A stretch of 64,000 bases of DNA from Mobula hypostoma (taxonomy: Eukaryota), in NCBI RefSeq assembly GCF_963921235.1, contig NC_086097.1:221652001-221716000 (forward strand). The letters are read 5' to 3'. The notes under the pieces were generated by a model that had not been told where the DNA came from, ran no database searches, and saw only the letters and a list, made by a program, of their open reading frames with translations. The stretch's first letter is position 1, and every line of letters begins with the position of its first letter. Positions 14,170 to 26,349 of the stretch are shown one piece after another. Position numbers and translations under genes: made by a program.

Positions 14170-14355
14170 CAACTCCACCATGGATGGTTCCAAGTGCAGC
14201 TGCAAAATAAGGGGCACGGGGCATGGGGCTAGCAACCGTATCCTATAAAACTCGGAGCTGCAGAAACGTCAACAGAAGCTCCAAAGACCCCATCTCTGGG
14301 AGAGGAAGGATCTGGTAGCAGCCTATGCCCCAGTACGGGTGTTGGGCTTAAGAAA
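14170..14355 (+). mobile_element. RTE-derived short element (tentative)
   Basis: GGGCTAGCAACC...GCCTATGCCCCAG...GGGCTTAAG resembles RTE 5' and 3' ends. Confidence 0.45.
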
Positions 14356-14662
14356 AATAAGATACTTACAGGGTTTGACTGGCATTTGGTCAAAGAGTTG
14401 CTGGAAATGATTAGTGGCCCAACATTTGTTGCCTCAAGGAAAGCTAGTTTCTGGTTGGATCCTGCAGAGATGGGACAGATAGGACAAAGGGATTATCTAT
14501 GATAGGGTGAAGCTGGTGTTGCCATTGCATTATCTCCTTAGTCCTGTACTGCCGCCTTTACCATATTACCAGTCAATAAACCTGCTGCAATATAACATGG
14601 CCATAGTATCAACACATCAAGGATGATACCTGAAATAGGCATTAGATCGCTTATAATATGGA

Positions 14663-14990
14663 TCATAGAACAGTAAAGCACAATAGAATTCCTTTGGTCC
14701 ATGGTGTTGCATGGACCTTTTAATCTTCTCTAAAATTAATCCAATCATTCACTCCCATGTAGCTTCATTTTTCTTTCACCTATGTGCCTATCTAAGAGTC
14801 TGTTAAATGTTCATAATGTAGCTGCCTCGACCACCACCCCTGGCATTTACCACTCTCTGTGTTAGGAAACCTCCACTGGCATCTCCCCTACACTTTCCTC
14901 CTATCTCCATTAAAGAACGTCCTCTCGTATTAGTCACTGCCACCTTGGCTGTTTGCTCTATGGCTCTTATCAACTTAATCACTTCTATCA
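14663..14990 (-). mobile_element. CR1 3' fragment
   Basis: TNTRGRSL...FLTQRVVNA on the minus strand plus CR1 tail. Confidence 0.8.
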
Positions 14991-15480
14991 AAAAATTCTG
15001 CTTCACACAATTAGGCTAATCTGAATGTAGTTTAGAATGATCTGTTTGTATTTTAGGTAATTATGTTTAAAGGCAACCTAACCAACTATCCTTAAAGGCT
15101 GTCACTAAAAGACAAAATAAAAATCTGCCTTAAATATTACATTGACAGGAGACTGATTGTTGATATCCGGTGCTTAATCCCCTCATGAAAGGTGAGTCTA
15201 TTGTGTACATTCATTGAAGTAGAGAACTATTTTTGAGATACTGAAGGACTGACACACGTGCCCAACCTATGTGAAACTGAAAGATGATGACAAGGATGAT
15301 GCTGAATGCTGGCATTTCACATCATGAGCTCCTGCGACCAATTCGCCAAATACCACCTCACTGGTATGTTTTATGCACAATTATTGTCCAAAATAAATTA
15401 TTTTGTTTAAGACAACAAACAGAAATGAGGTTTGTGATGAGTCTGAAGTCCAGTTAGCAACTTAACAGAAGATGTGATAA

Positions 15481-15610
15481 CGCAAACACAAGGAATTCTG
15501 CAGATGCTGGAAATTCAGGCAACACACATCAAAGTTGCTGGTGAACACAGCAGGTCAGGCAGCATCTCTAGGAAGAGGTACAGTCGATGTTTCAGGCCGG
15601 GACCCTTCGT
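15481..15610 (-). mobile_element. Penelope-like tail with 15-bp TSD
   Basis: Flanked by CAGAAGATGTGATAA at 15466-15480 and 15611-15625; reverse complement carries CTGACGAAGGGTCCCGGCCTGAAACATC. Confidence 0.9.
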
Positions 15611-16121
15611 CAGAAGATGTGATAAAGTCAGTTAATCAACAGTGTTTGGCAATGCTGTTGGAGGGGTGGCTGAAGTGTGAATGGAAACTCTTCCTATGGT
15701 GATTACAGATACACTCTCTAGATGGATGTTGGAGCCATCTCCTGTTTCCTAGCTCAGCTGCCAACCTCAGGCTTGCTGAGGAGTTTGCAGCATCTTCAAC
15801 AGGATTTTCTAAATCTGAGCAATTATGGTTAAAGTTTTCCCAGTTGTGTAAGAGTGTTAAATTTCTTGATCTTGCTGCTGTATCACAGTTTTTTCCTGCC
15901 ACTTCATTGCGCAGGTACAGTGTGTCCCCAAGCTAGCAAAGCCTGAGGGATGTTAACATTCTCCAAAGGATTTTGGTTGTTGATTCCAAATGATACCATG
16001 GATTCTTCTGAGGTTTCACAGTTGTTTAATCTCCATCCCAGTTTACAGTGCAGGACACCATTTTCACAGCACAAAGCATGGAGAGCCATTTCAAAGTTCA
16101 CCCTTAGCAGCTTAATGTTTC

Positions 16122-16410
16122 AGACAACACATACAAAATGCTGGAGGAATTCAAAGGTCAGGTAGCATTTATAGAGGGAAATGAGCGGTTGATGTTTCTA
16201 GCTGAGGTCCTTCATCAGGATTGGAAAGGAATAGGGCAGCTGCCAGAATGAAAGGGTAGGTGGAAGGGTTGGAGCACAAACTGGTAGGTGATAGGTGCTG
16301 TGCTAGGGAGCCTGGATGAGCACATAGCTGAACATCCTCCATCAATGCTAAGTTCCTCCAACATTTTGTGTGTGTTGCTCGCGATGTCCAACATTGAGAA
16401 TCTTTTGTGC
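16122..16410 (-). mobile_element. Penelope-like tail with short inverted terminal fragment
   Basis: ACAAAATGCTGGAGGAA...CCTTCATCAGGA plus purine-rich 3'UTR, then inverted TTCCTCCAACATTTTGTGTGTGTTG. Confidence 0.75.
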
Positions 16411-16590
16411 TTTTGTTAATGCATCAGACACATAGAAATGTTGAAAGAGGAATTGTCAGGTTTTTATGTTGTTCATCAAGGCTAGTGAGTTAAGCAAGAG
16501 AACAGAAGTGATTGATTGTCCATCCCTTCATTATTAATGAGTGAGTGAGTGAGTATTATTATTGAGTGCGAAATGGAAACCCTAAGATAT

Positions 16591-16765
16591 GACGCAAACA
16601 CATGGAAATCTGCAGATGCTGGAATTTCAAGCAACACACACAAAAATTGCTAGTGAACGCAGCAGGCCAGGCGGAATCTATAGGAACAGTCAAAACATCG
16701 ACAGTACCTCTTCGTATAGACACTGCCTGGCCTGCTGCATTCACCAACAACTTTTGTGTGTGTTG
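16591..16765. mobile_element. Inverted pair of Penelope tails forming a palindrome, 10-bp TSD
   Basis: GCAACACACACAAAA...GCAGCAGGCCAGGC versus GCCTGGCCTGCTGC...TTTTGTGTGTGTTGC; CCTAAGATAT at 16581-16590 and 16766-16775. Confidence 0.85.
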
Positions 16766-18734
16766 CCTAAGATATAATGGTTGTTTTCAGATTGAGAAAA
16801 TCCTGTCAAAAATCTGAGGACAGCTCCCAGATGATCAGTTGGTGACATGATTTTTTCTAAAACTGTCTGATTTTGAATTTTGCTGTCAATCCACAATTCA
16901 ATTATTATGTCAGAATGATGTTTCTAAACAAACATACTCAAGATGAATTTAGAAGATATCAAAATCTACAATATACAGCCATACTTAATAATAGTATCAT
17001 TACTGAACTTAGTTGATGATTTGTTCTTGACCTAGATGCTTACCTCATTAAAGAAATTCCCTGAATAGGGAGAACGTTTCTTCTGAGAAGTTGATTTTGA
17101 ACAGGTTCTCAGAGATAAAATTATTGCTAACCAAGTCAAAGGCCTTTTGTAAAGTAAAAAAGTGTTGAAAACTGTAACTTTTCTCAGTTCTCATGGAATA
17201 TCATTGCTTACCTATTGTGCTCTTTATGCTTATTATGTTTTTTAATGTTGCATAGGATCTGGAGTAACAATTATTTTGTTCTCCATTACACTCATGTGCT
17301 GATGAATGACAATAATCAATCTTGAATCTTGAAATATTAACTCTTTTTCGCTCCACATTTTCACTTGATCCACTGGGTATTTTCAACATTTTCTGTTTTT
17401 AGTTTCATGTGGAGAAAATCAATATTTGTATTTATTTTGATGGACCATCAATGTTTTAGGTTGGGGCCTTAGAAGGGAGGAGATACCTAGTATAAAATGG
17501 TGGAGAAACGGGTGGGTCAAGAGCTGGCAGGTGATAGGGGGATCGAGTTGAGGAAGGCTGATAGGTAGATGATGGAAGGGAGAGTGGGAATAACACCAGA
17601 GGCTGGGGAGTGATAGGTTAAAGTACCATTGGACTAAAGATGATGAAATTTGATCGGGGAAGAACGTAGAACATGGAATCAAGGGACAGAGGTAAAGGCA
17701 GCAGATGGGAAATAGCGGGGAAGGAAACCAGTAGGAGCTTGGGCAGATGGGAAGTATGGAGGAGGGGAAAGACACAGAATGAATTATGGGGGCTGAGTAG
17801 AGCAGGAAGAGAAAAGAAAGGGACAAGGGTTGAGCAGTTTATTGGAAGCTGGATGTTCTTATCACCAGAACATAAGCTTTCCAGGTGGATTATGACATGC
17901 TCAGTGTTTCCTTTGTTGCCACACATCTGGAATTTTCTTCTATATAATGTTAATATTATGTTAATATAATTTTGAAATCTATATTAATATAATTAATAAA
18001 ATACCCTGTGGTTAATTCTGTTAATGAACATGATCTCTAAATTTTCTAAATTAATATACACACCACAAACTTTACTTTGAAACATTTTCGAGATTCAATG
18101 TACTTACATTGTCAGTGTTTCAAGTTACAACACTTTCAAATTGTAACAATAAACGCAGAATGGCAGTCAGTAGCTCATTATTAATACACTGCTGGTCCGC
18201 TAACTGCTGATGCTGTTTAAAGTGCTGGGCAGTTTCCTGGCCGTGTAAAAATTTCCTGCTCAGAGTTGGTTGGTTCACACATCAATAAAAAAAATAGGGG
18301 GAATATCAGACGTGATGTTCCTCTAATTTGTGTTTAGGAGGTCAAGGACAGTCATGTTGGTGTGGGGATGAAAGGATGACAACTGGAGATCGAAACAGCT
18401 ATAGCAGATGGAGTGTAGGTGTTTGGTGAAGTGGTTTCCCTGTCAAATCCTCTTTCACATTTTATACTGGCTCCCTTCCTCCCATCTCTCTGTTCCAATA
18501 AAGACAATTCAAAATGTCAGCTCTCCATTTCCCTACATTGATGCTGCCTGACCTACTGAGCTCGTTCAGCTTTTTTTGTTTGTTGATTTAGTTTCCAGTC
18601 TCTCATGTCTCCATATGGAACAGTAATATTTCTTGGTAATTGTTGCCCTTTGGTTTGTATAGAGTAATGAGCTGTGCATATTACAGCTTCTGAAACAGGT
18701 GGTTTTTTGCTCATCCATCACAGAAAAATAATAA

Positions 18735-19070
18735 CTGGTAATAGGTTTATTATTGTCACATGTATTGCGGTACAGCGAGGAAAAAAAACTGTTTTGTATG
18801 CTATCCATATGGATTGTTTCTAAACATAAATACATTGAGGTAGTACAATGAGAAAAACAATAACAGAAGGAAGAATATACTGTCAAACTTACAGAGAAAG
18901 TGCATTTCAGGTGTACAATAAGGTGCAATGGCCATAATGAGATGGACTTTTTTATCATACAAGTGGTCCATTTAATAGTGCAATAATAATAGCATAGAAG
19001 CTATCCTTGAGCCTGGTGATTCATGTTTTCAAACTTTTCTTTCTTCTGCTCATTGGAAGAGATGAGAATG
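18735..19070 (-). mobile_element. Rex1-like LINE 3' fragment
   Basis: Minus strand encodes RLKDSFY-like codons; 3'UTR with TGTGACAATAATAAACC tail. Confidence 0.65.
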
Positions 19071-19096
19071 TTATAGAGTGTATGATTTCCCATCAT

Positions 19097-19425
19097 GGCA
19101 GCATTGTAGTGTAGCAGTTAGCATAATGTTTTCCAGCACCAGCGATTGCGAACGGGATTCAATTCCCACCATTGTCTGTAAAGAGCTTATGCGTTCTCCC
19201 CATAACCACGTGGGTTTCTTCCAGTTTGCTCCCATATCCCATAAAATGTACGTGTTAGAGTTAGTATATTACGGGCATGCAATGTTGGTGCTGGAAGCGT
19301 GGCGACACTTGCAGGCCATCCCCAGCACAATCCTCAGACTGTGTTGGTCATTGACGCAGATTACACATTCCACTGAAGGTTTTGTTTTGATGTATGTGTG
19401 ATATTTAAAGCTCATGCTTAATCTT
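19097..19425 (+). mobile_element. HE1/V-SINE-like tRNA SINE
   Basis: GGCAGCATTGTAGTGTAGCAGTTAG head, GGATTCAATTCCC B-box, CGTTCTCCCCATAACCACGTGGGTTTC V-domain-like core. Confidence 0.75.
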
Positions 19426-19627
19426 GATCTCTAATCCCACCTCATTTAGAGGACATGACAGTACTTGATCAATATCTACAGCTCTTTTAGGTGCAAGCCT
19501 TAGAGAGTATTTTCTAGTTTTTGAGATTGGGACATGGTCCAGTTTCATGGGAAACTGAGGGGAAATAGCTAAGACAGTATTACAGATAATGGCAAAATAT
19601 GAACAGAGCTTTTGATATGTACAGTGA

Positions 19628-20160
19628 ATCACCAAATGATAGGAAAGGTGTCAACAAAATAGAGAGAGTACAGAGAAGGTTTACTAGAATGTTACCTGGG
19701 TTTCATCACCTAAGTTACAGAGAAAGGTTGAACAAGCTGGGTTTTTATTCCTTGGAATGTAGAAGGTTGAGGGGGGACTTGATAGAGATATTTAAAATTA
19801 TGAGAGGGAGAGATAGAGTTGACGTGGACAGGTATTTTCCATTGAGAGTGGAGGAGATTCAAACAAGAGGATATGAATTGAGAGTTAAAGGGCAAAAGTT
19901 TAGGGGTAACATGAGGGGGAACTTTTTTACTCAGAGAGTGGTAGCTGTGTGGAACGAGCTTCCAGCAGAAGTGGTTGAGGCAGGTTAGATGTTGTCGTTT
20001 AAAGTTAAATTGGACAGCTATATGGACAGGAAAGGAATGGAGGGTTATGGGCTGAGTGCAGTTCGGTGGGAGTAGGTGAGAGTAAGAGTTCGGCACAGAC
20101 TAGAAGGGCCGAGATGGCCTGTTTCCGTGTTGTAATTGTTATATAGTTATATGGTTATAT
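19628..20160 (+). mobile_element. CR1 3' fragment, relatively young
   Basis: Open ORF2 C-terminus ERVQRRFTRMLPG...RRLRGDLIE...FFTQRVVAVWNELP; (GTTATAT)n tail. Confidence 0.95.
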
Positions 20161-21387
20161 AAGTTATTCTTGTATGTCTTATACTGTCACATTTGTAGTC
20201 TTTTGTGAGTTGGACTAAGTGTCACTTTAATTCTATTATAAGTGCCATGGAATTCTCTTTTTCAAAGTAGATAGCCATAGAGCACTGCAGCACAGAAAAA
20301 GACTATTCATCCCATTTAGTCTATACTGGCCTGGTCTTCTATCCAGTCCAAACTACCTGCACCTGGATCACAGCCCTCCATATTTCTCTCATCCTTATAA
20401 CTATCCAAACCCCTCTTAAGTGTTACAACTGATCTTATGAATACCACTTTAGCCTAAATGTTGCACCTTTAACTGCTTTCTTACCTGGCAATAGTGCTTT
20501 TCTTCTTTTTCATAGGTGGGAGCAGCAGGTTGAATTTCCCATCCCATACCTGACCCCTCATCCTTGATATCAGCTTAAGATGAATCAGGCTAATCATTTT
20601 TAGAAACATTCTCAAGGGCATGCTGAAACTGCAGATGTCAGCACAGCAAGGAGTTCACAATTTGCAACTGAAAAGATGCAAGTTGTCCATTTTGGCTTTG
20701 CAATAAGGATCTCTTTATGGTAGTCATGACATGCATGCTGTAGGCCACCATTGTTCCTGCTGTTGATCAGGATAAATCCACATGATGCCAGTGTACTGAG
20801 CAGGGATTCTTTCACATGACCTAGCTGTTTAAGACCAATGCCTCACAAAGGAGGCAATGCTGAAAGAAACTGGCTGTTTTCATAATAAAAAAAAGGTATA
20901 AAATGCCGGAAAAACTTAATGTCTGTTGAAGAGTCTTTGATCTGAAACAATAACTTTGTTCTCCGTTCCACAGATGCTGCCTGACCTGCTGAGATTTTCC
21001 AATACTTTCTGTTTTAATTTCATATTTCCAGCATCTGTGTTTTTTTTATTCCTCTGGCTATTTTCTTTGAGGATTGTCTACGTGGTTACCTCAGCTTTGG
21101 ACATAATTTTAAAGGCTGCCAATTTATATAATTCCACTTCTCCCATGTACATAAAGGCGTAAAGTGAATGAAAGATTTTTATGATTTAGGTGAGTTATCC
21201 AAATCATTAAAATAGGCTGATATTGGAATTTTCTGGTCTGGGCTCTTTTACACCAGAAATACAAGCCTTAGCTGTACAAACCAACACTTAGGAAGTGCTG
21301 GTGGTCAGAATACTGATCTACAGTGTGTTATCATCTTCTTTTAGATAACTCCTTGGAATCAAGGATGACTCATGTCCACTCTGGCTT

Positions 21388-21486
21388 AACACATGCAAAC
21401 TGCTGGAGAAACTCAGCAGGTCATGCAGTATCTAATGTAAGGAATAAACAGTTGACGTTTTGGACCCAGACTCTTCATCAGGACTG
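21388..21486 (-). mobile_element. Penelope-like tail with hammerhead motif
   Basis: Reverse complement AGTCCTGATGAAGAGTCTGGGTCCAAAACGTCAACT. Confidence 0.8.
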
Positions 21487-23562
21487 GGCTTTGATTTATT
21501 GGATTCTAAATTGGTTAGTGAGGCCAACGTGGGAGCTGAAGATTCTTTTACAAATGGGGCAGATGCTGACTGACAGGATGAACAGGCGAGGAGATAGAAA
21601 AGTGGGCCAGACTTTCTACTGTCAAAATCAAGCACATGTGCCCTCCTGATACATTGTGTTCGGGTTCCAAATCCACCAAGTACCCCTTGTCCACTTTGAG
21701 TAGTCTTGAGCCTGAGATTCCCACGAATGGGAATGTTACATTTCTTCAAGGAGGCTTTAAGGCATCCTTCAAACTTTACCATGCTTTCATGCTTTCCCAT
21801 GATGGAACTTGGAATAAATTGTTTGTTTCATAAACCTGGTGTTAAACATGAGACAACATGGCTAATAAGCAAAATGTCAGGCAATGCATCATATCCATCC
21901 TCTTAAAATTGTCAACACTAATTTCAAACCAATTGGTGAGATATTTATGTCTGACTTCTCGGTGTTATGCCCTATGGGGATACAATGATTTTCTTGCACC
22001 TAATTAGTGTTATGTTTTAACCTTTACTGAGCATTTAATTCCAATATAAATTCACAGCTATAAGGTAGGAAAGATTAGAATTTGTTGGCTAACAGAAAAT
22101 AGTCAATAACACTCAGAGCAAACCTCTGTTTTTCGACAGAATATATAAATTTGTTATAATTGCAGTAAATGCTCTTAACCCTTGGTAGGAGGTTAACTGC
22201 TCTCTATTTCATAAGTTTTGTTTGTCTCAAAGGTACAAATATAGAAATAACTACAGTATATTGTTTTAAATTACATAAGCCACTAACTATAGATTTGCTT
22301 AATTTTATTTAAGTACCTTTCAATTTTTTCTAACATACTGAGACATTATAGTGAACCATACCATTAGGAAACTATGTATATAATTCATCTCAATTATTAA
22401 AATGGGCTGGAATGTGCTCTCAAAAACATCTTTGATGTTTAAAAGTGCCAACTGCTTGACAGAGGGCGAGCAAGTTGGGAACAGGGTCTGACTTTCCTGG
22501 CCTCGCCATTTGGTTTTAATCCTCCATGTATAAAATGCATTATCCCTCTTGTTCAGTTAATAGCTAGCTTTGCTAGAAGTGCTAAAAGTTAAAATGCAAC
22601 ATGTGTCTTTGGTGCTCGGTGGAATTCAAAAATCTTTCACTAATGAGCTTGCATGGGATTTAGGTTTGATTCAAGTCTAGACCATTGAACAGATGCTTAA
22701 CTGAGAAGGTAGAAGCATATCCCTAGGTTGGATTATTTTTCACTGATTTAATTGGGTTAAATATAGACTCATTTTTATTTGTATTCCAGCAATGTGAATT
22801 GTAGTTTGAATCTTGCACTGAATTCAAAAATGTTAGGATTTAAAATTCATGCAAAAACTATTTTGTGATTGAAGACCCTGCTATGCGATTCATCTTGCCA
22901 AAATAAAAAGAAACTATGAAAGAAAAAATGTTTAAATGTGTGCCAGATGAAGTTTGCTTTAACTTACCACACTTTGTTTATTAAATTTAACAGACTGTAA
23001 CCGTTTTGTCCATTTGAAGTCGTTCTGTTTAACTCGGTGATGGTCAGTTTAACTTCCTTTTGCTTACTTAGAGATCATGCATTATGTAAGCATCTCTTCT
23101 TTGTTTTTGTACTTAGTAACAACTAAAATACACCAACACATTTCTGTAACTAATTTCAGTGAGGATATGGGAAAAGAGTTTTACAATTCTCGTCTTTGAT
23201 CCCATCTGAAATCTAGCACATATACTGCAGAAAAAGCAAAATCAGAAAAAAACACTGCATGTCACTCCTATAATCAGAATTCATACTGTTATTCCACCAC
23301 AACTGTGATTGACTGACTTATCTTTCCCCATTCACCACATACAAACAGCAGTGGGCGTGGTTTGTTGCTTCCTGGATCAATACCGAGAAGAAGACAAAAA
23401 TTAAAACTTATTGTGTGCAGGAATCATCCAGATTTCTGAAGATGATCAATTGCAGACTAGACTCTAGCCAGAATGCCAGCAAGATTAGACATGCTGAAGA
23501 ATCCAGTAGGTGCAGGCATGTGGTGTGATCGGAGCAGGAATGTTAAACTGAATTGGAAAGTA

Positions 23563-24037
23563 CTGTACTGTGCAAAAGTCTTAGGCCCATGTATATAGGT
23601 AGGGATCCAAGACCTGAACAGTACTGTAGTGATTTTATGTACTGCACTGCTGCCTCAAAAAAAAAATCATGATGTGTATGTGATGATAAACCTGATTCTG
23701 ATATGGGTCTCTGTTGGGACTGAGTGGGAAGGGGGCAGGGAGAGGGGAATGAGAGACGTTCTGTATGATCAATAAGCCAATTGTTTGGAGTCAAATGGCC
23801 TTGTCTGTTGTCTCAGGGCTGGGTGTGTCTGCACCTGTGCCACCCACCCCAGCCTCTGGCACTCCTTCTCTGCCACCTGTCCCACACTCTTGCACGGTGA
23901 ACCACCCTCACCATTTCCAACATCCTTTGCTCCTGCCAGATTTACAAACTTGCTCTCTGCTCTACATTGACAAATACTCTACTGTGCAAAAGTCTGTTTC
24001 CTAAGATATGCGTGCCTAAGACTTCTGAACAATACTG
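23563..24037 (+). mobile_element. Composite Tc1-like non-autonomous element (two mini-MITEs plus cargo), copy 1
   Basis: TIR-like TACTGTGCAAAAGTC units at 23563-23626 and 23977-24037; internal cargo colinear with 41586-42047. Confidence 0.8.
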
Positions 24038-24374
24038 TTGATGTACATTTGTTCATGCTTTGGTGTGTGAGAGACGATACAGTATGGAATGACTTTAAGA
24101 CTAAAGCCAAGATATCCAGGAGGAAGGTATAGATGCATTGAGGTATGTTTCTCTTCTGGTTGGATTATTCCTTTTGCTCATAGCTTATAATGACACAGAA
24201 GAGAGCCTTTCCATTTATCAAGTTATTGTTTTATCAGGGAGCAGTCCCATTTCCCCTTCCTTATCTCATGGTACACTGCTACTGATACTCTCTTGGACAT
24301 GACCATGGACTTGTTGATTCTTTATACGAATTGATAATTTACAGTAACTGGTAAACAAGCTTCATTTAGCATCC

Positions 24375-25440
24375 TGGTTTTATTCTTAAGAATTCTAACA
24401 AAACATGGGTGGCTTGGCTGAGTGACATTGCGAGAAGTAACAGTCTCTAAACTAGGACCCTGCGATCAGCGCGGATCAGGCGTCCCCTTACATAATACAA
24501 GCAACGTGGAATCCCTGTGCCTATCAAACTAAACCTAACAAGCTGAAACAGGAAGTACCAGGAGACTACGTTACAAAGAGCAAGTCGCTTGAGAAAACAC
24601 ACAAGGAACTCCAAATGGTTACTGACTCTCATTAAACAACAATTAATCAATTCAAGTACTCTTAAAAACCTAGTAGCCCAACACTCTCTGGCTCCCCGCA
24701 CAAGTCTTATTATGTACCTGCCTCCTAAAGGCCCAAGTAAACCTGAGAACTCGAGGGACCTGGTAAACCTTAGGAGGGTCTTGGGAATCTCAAGACAAGG
24801 AGAATATAGAAACAAACCTCTGAGACTTTGAATAAACTTCAGGAAACCTGGAGGACATGGGAAACCTGGACAACCTTGAGGATGCAGAAAAAACCTTGAA
24901 TGTAGACTAGAGAAGCTCAGAACCTAGACTAGAGACACTCAAGAATGTGAACTTGAGAACAGATGGCATTCTCACCTAAAGCAGGCCAATGTCAAAATGC
25001 TGTTGTTCAGCCCCTGCTGGGTCCATTACTTGGTGGGGTCATTCTGTCATGATGTGTGTTGGCAGTGTCAGAACCCAAGTATGGAAGAAAAAAAGACTCT
25101 GATGTAGAGATGGTGACCAGAATTTATTCATAAGAGTTCCAACAGAACATCGGTGGCAGAGACGCAACATTCTCAAAACTAGGACCCCGTGATTAATGTT
25201 AATTGGGCATCCACTTAAATAATACAGGTAACACAGAATTCTTGAGCCTTTCAAAATAACATAACAAGTTTAAACAGAAAGCACCAGGCGATGCATAAAA
25301 GAGAGAGTCACTCAGGAAAAAACACAAGAAACTCTAAATGATTAATGACTCTTGTTAAGCAACAATTAACCAATTCCGGTCTCCAAGAGCCTTGGAGCCC
25401 AATGCTCCAGCTCCAGCTCCCGGCACAAACCTGAAGAGCT
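24375..25440 (-). repeat. Two adjacent diverged LTR-like repeats
   Basis: About 24375-24705 aligns with about 25118-25430 (AAACTAGGACCC...ACAATTAA); TTTATT poly(A) signal on minus; short internal tandem units at 24740-24960. Confidence 0.55.
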
Positions 25441-25511
25441 CATTACAACTAAAGTCACCAGCTTGATTCCAGGATGAGAAGATTGAACTCAATAGAGAAA
25501 TAATTACATTG

Positions 25512-25760
25512 TCATAAGACATAGGAGCAGAATTAGGCCATTCAGTCCATCAAGTCTTAATTGTCATTCTATCAGGGCTGATTTACTTTCCCTCTCAACC
25601 CATTCTTCCACCTTTTTTTCTGTAACCTTTGACACCCCTACTAATCAAGAACCTATCAGATTCCAACTAATATATACCCAATGATTTGACCTCCACAGCA
25701 GTCTGGAAATAAGTTCTACAAATTCGCTACCCTCTGGCTAAAGAAATTTTTCCACTGTGT
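25512..25760 (-). mobile_element. CR1 3' tail
   Basis: CATAAGACATAGGAGCAGAATTAGGCC is the reverse complement of the tail at ~3300-3340. Confidence 0.85.
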
Positions 25761-26228
25761 GAAGATCACACAGATCTTTTCACCTTAGACTTACCAGAGT
25801 TTAGAAGACTAAGAGTTGATCTCGCTGGCAAATGTGCAATGTGCCCTGTTTTTTTACAGCTGTGTGGACCAATCAGAATCTGATTAACGTTATTGCAGTA
25901 TGTGAAACACAACAGAATTGATTTTGGTTTGGTGACGAGCATAAACAGAGCACAATACCATAACAGACAACACAATAGCAACCAACAATTTACAAGACAA
26001 TAGTGTAAACAGCCACGAGCAATCAACAATTAGTGCAAATGTCACACTTAATTAAATGTGAACCCAAGAGCAGACTAAATAATTATTAACAAGGAGAGCA
26101 TGAAAGACCATTTAACAGATATTGTGCAAGGACAGTTTGGCTATTACACCTGAGTGAGTTTTGTTGAGAAGCTATAGGAAAGAACCATTGCTTTGAGTAA
26201 TGAGTTGAGTAATGCTTTGAGTTGGTGT

Positions 26229-26260
26229 GTCCTGAGGAGGGTCTCGCCCGAAACGTAGAC
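26229..26260 (+). ncRNA. Minimal type I hammerhead ribozyme motif in a Penelope tail (26229-26320)
   Basis: GTC-CTGAGGA-GGG TCTCG CCC-GAAA-CG-TA-GAC: helix I, core, helix II and loop-less palindromic helix III. Confidence 0.75.
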
Positions 26261-26349
26261 TGTACTTCTTCCTATAGGTGCTGCCTGGTCTGCTGCGTTC
26301 CACCAGCATTTTGTGTGTGTTGCTTTGAGTAATGATTATTTTTTACGTG

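Noticed and set aside
24740..24960. Short repeated units suggestive of a CRISPR-like array
   Set aside because: Irregular degenerate units without constant repeat-spacer periodicity; vertebrate LTR-like context
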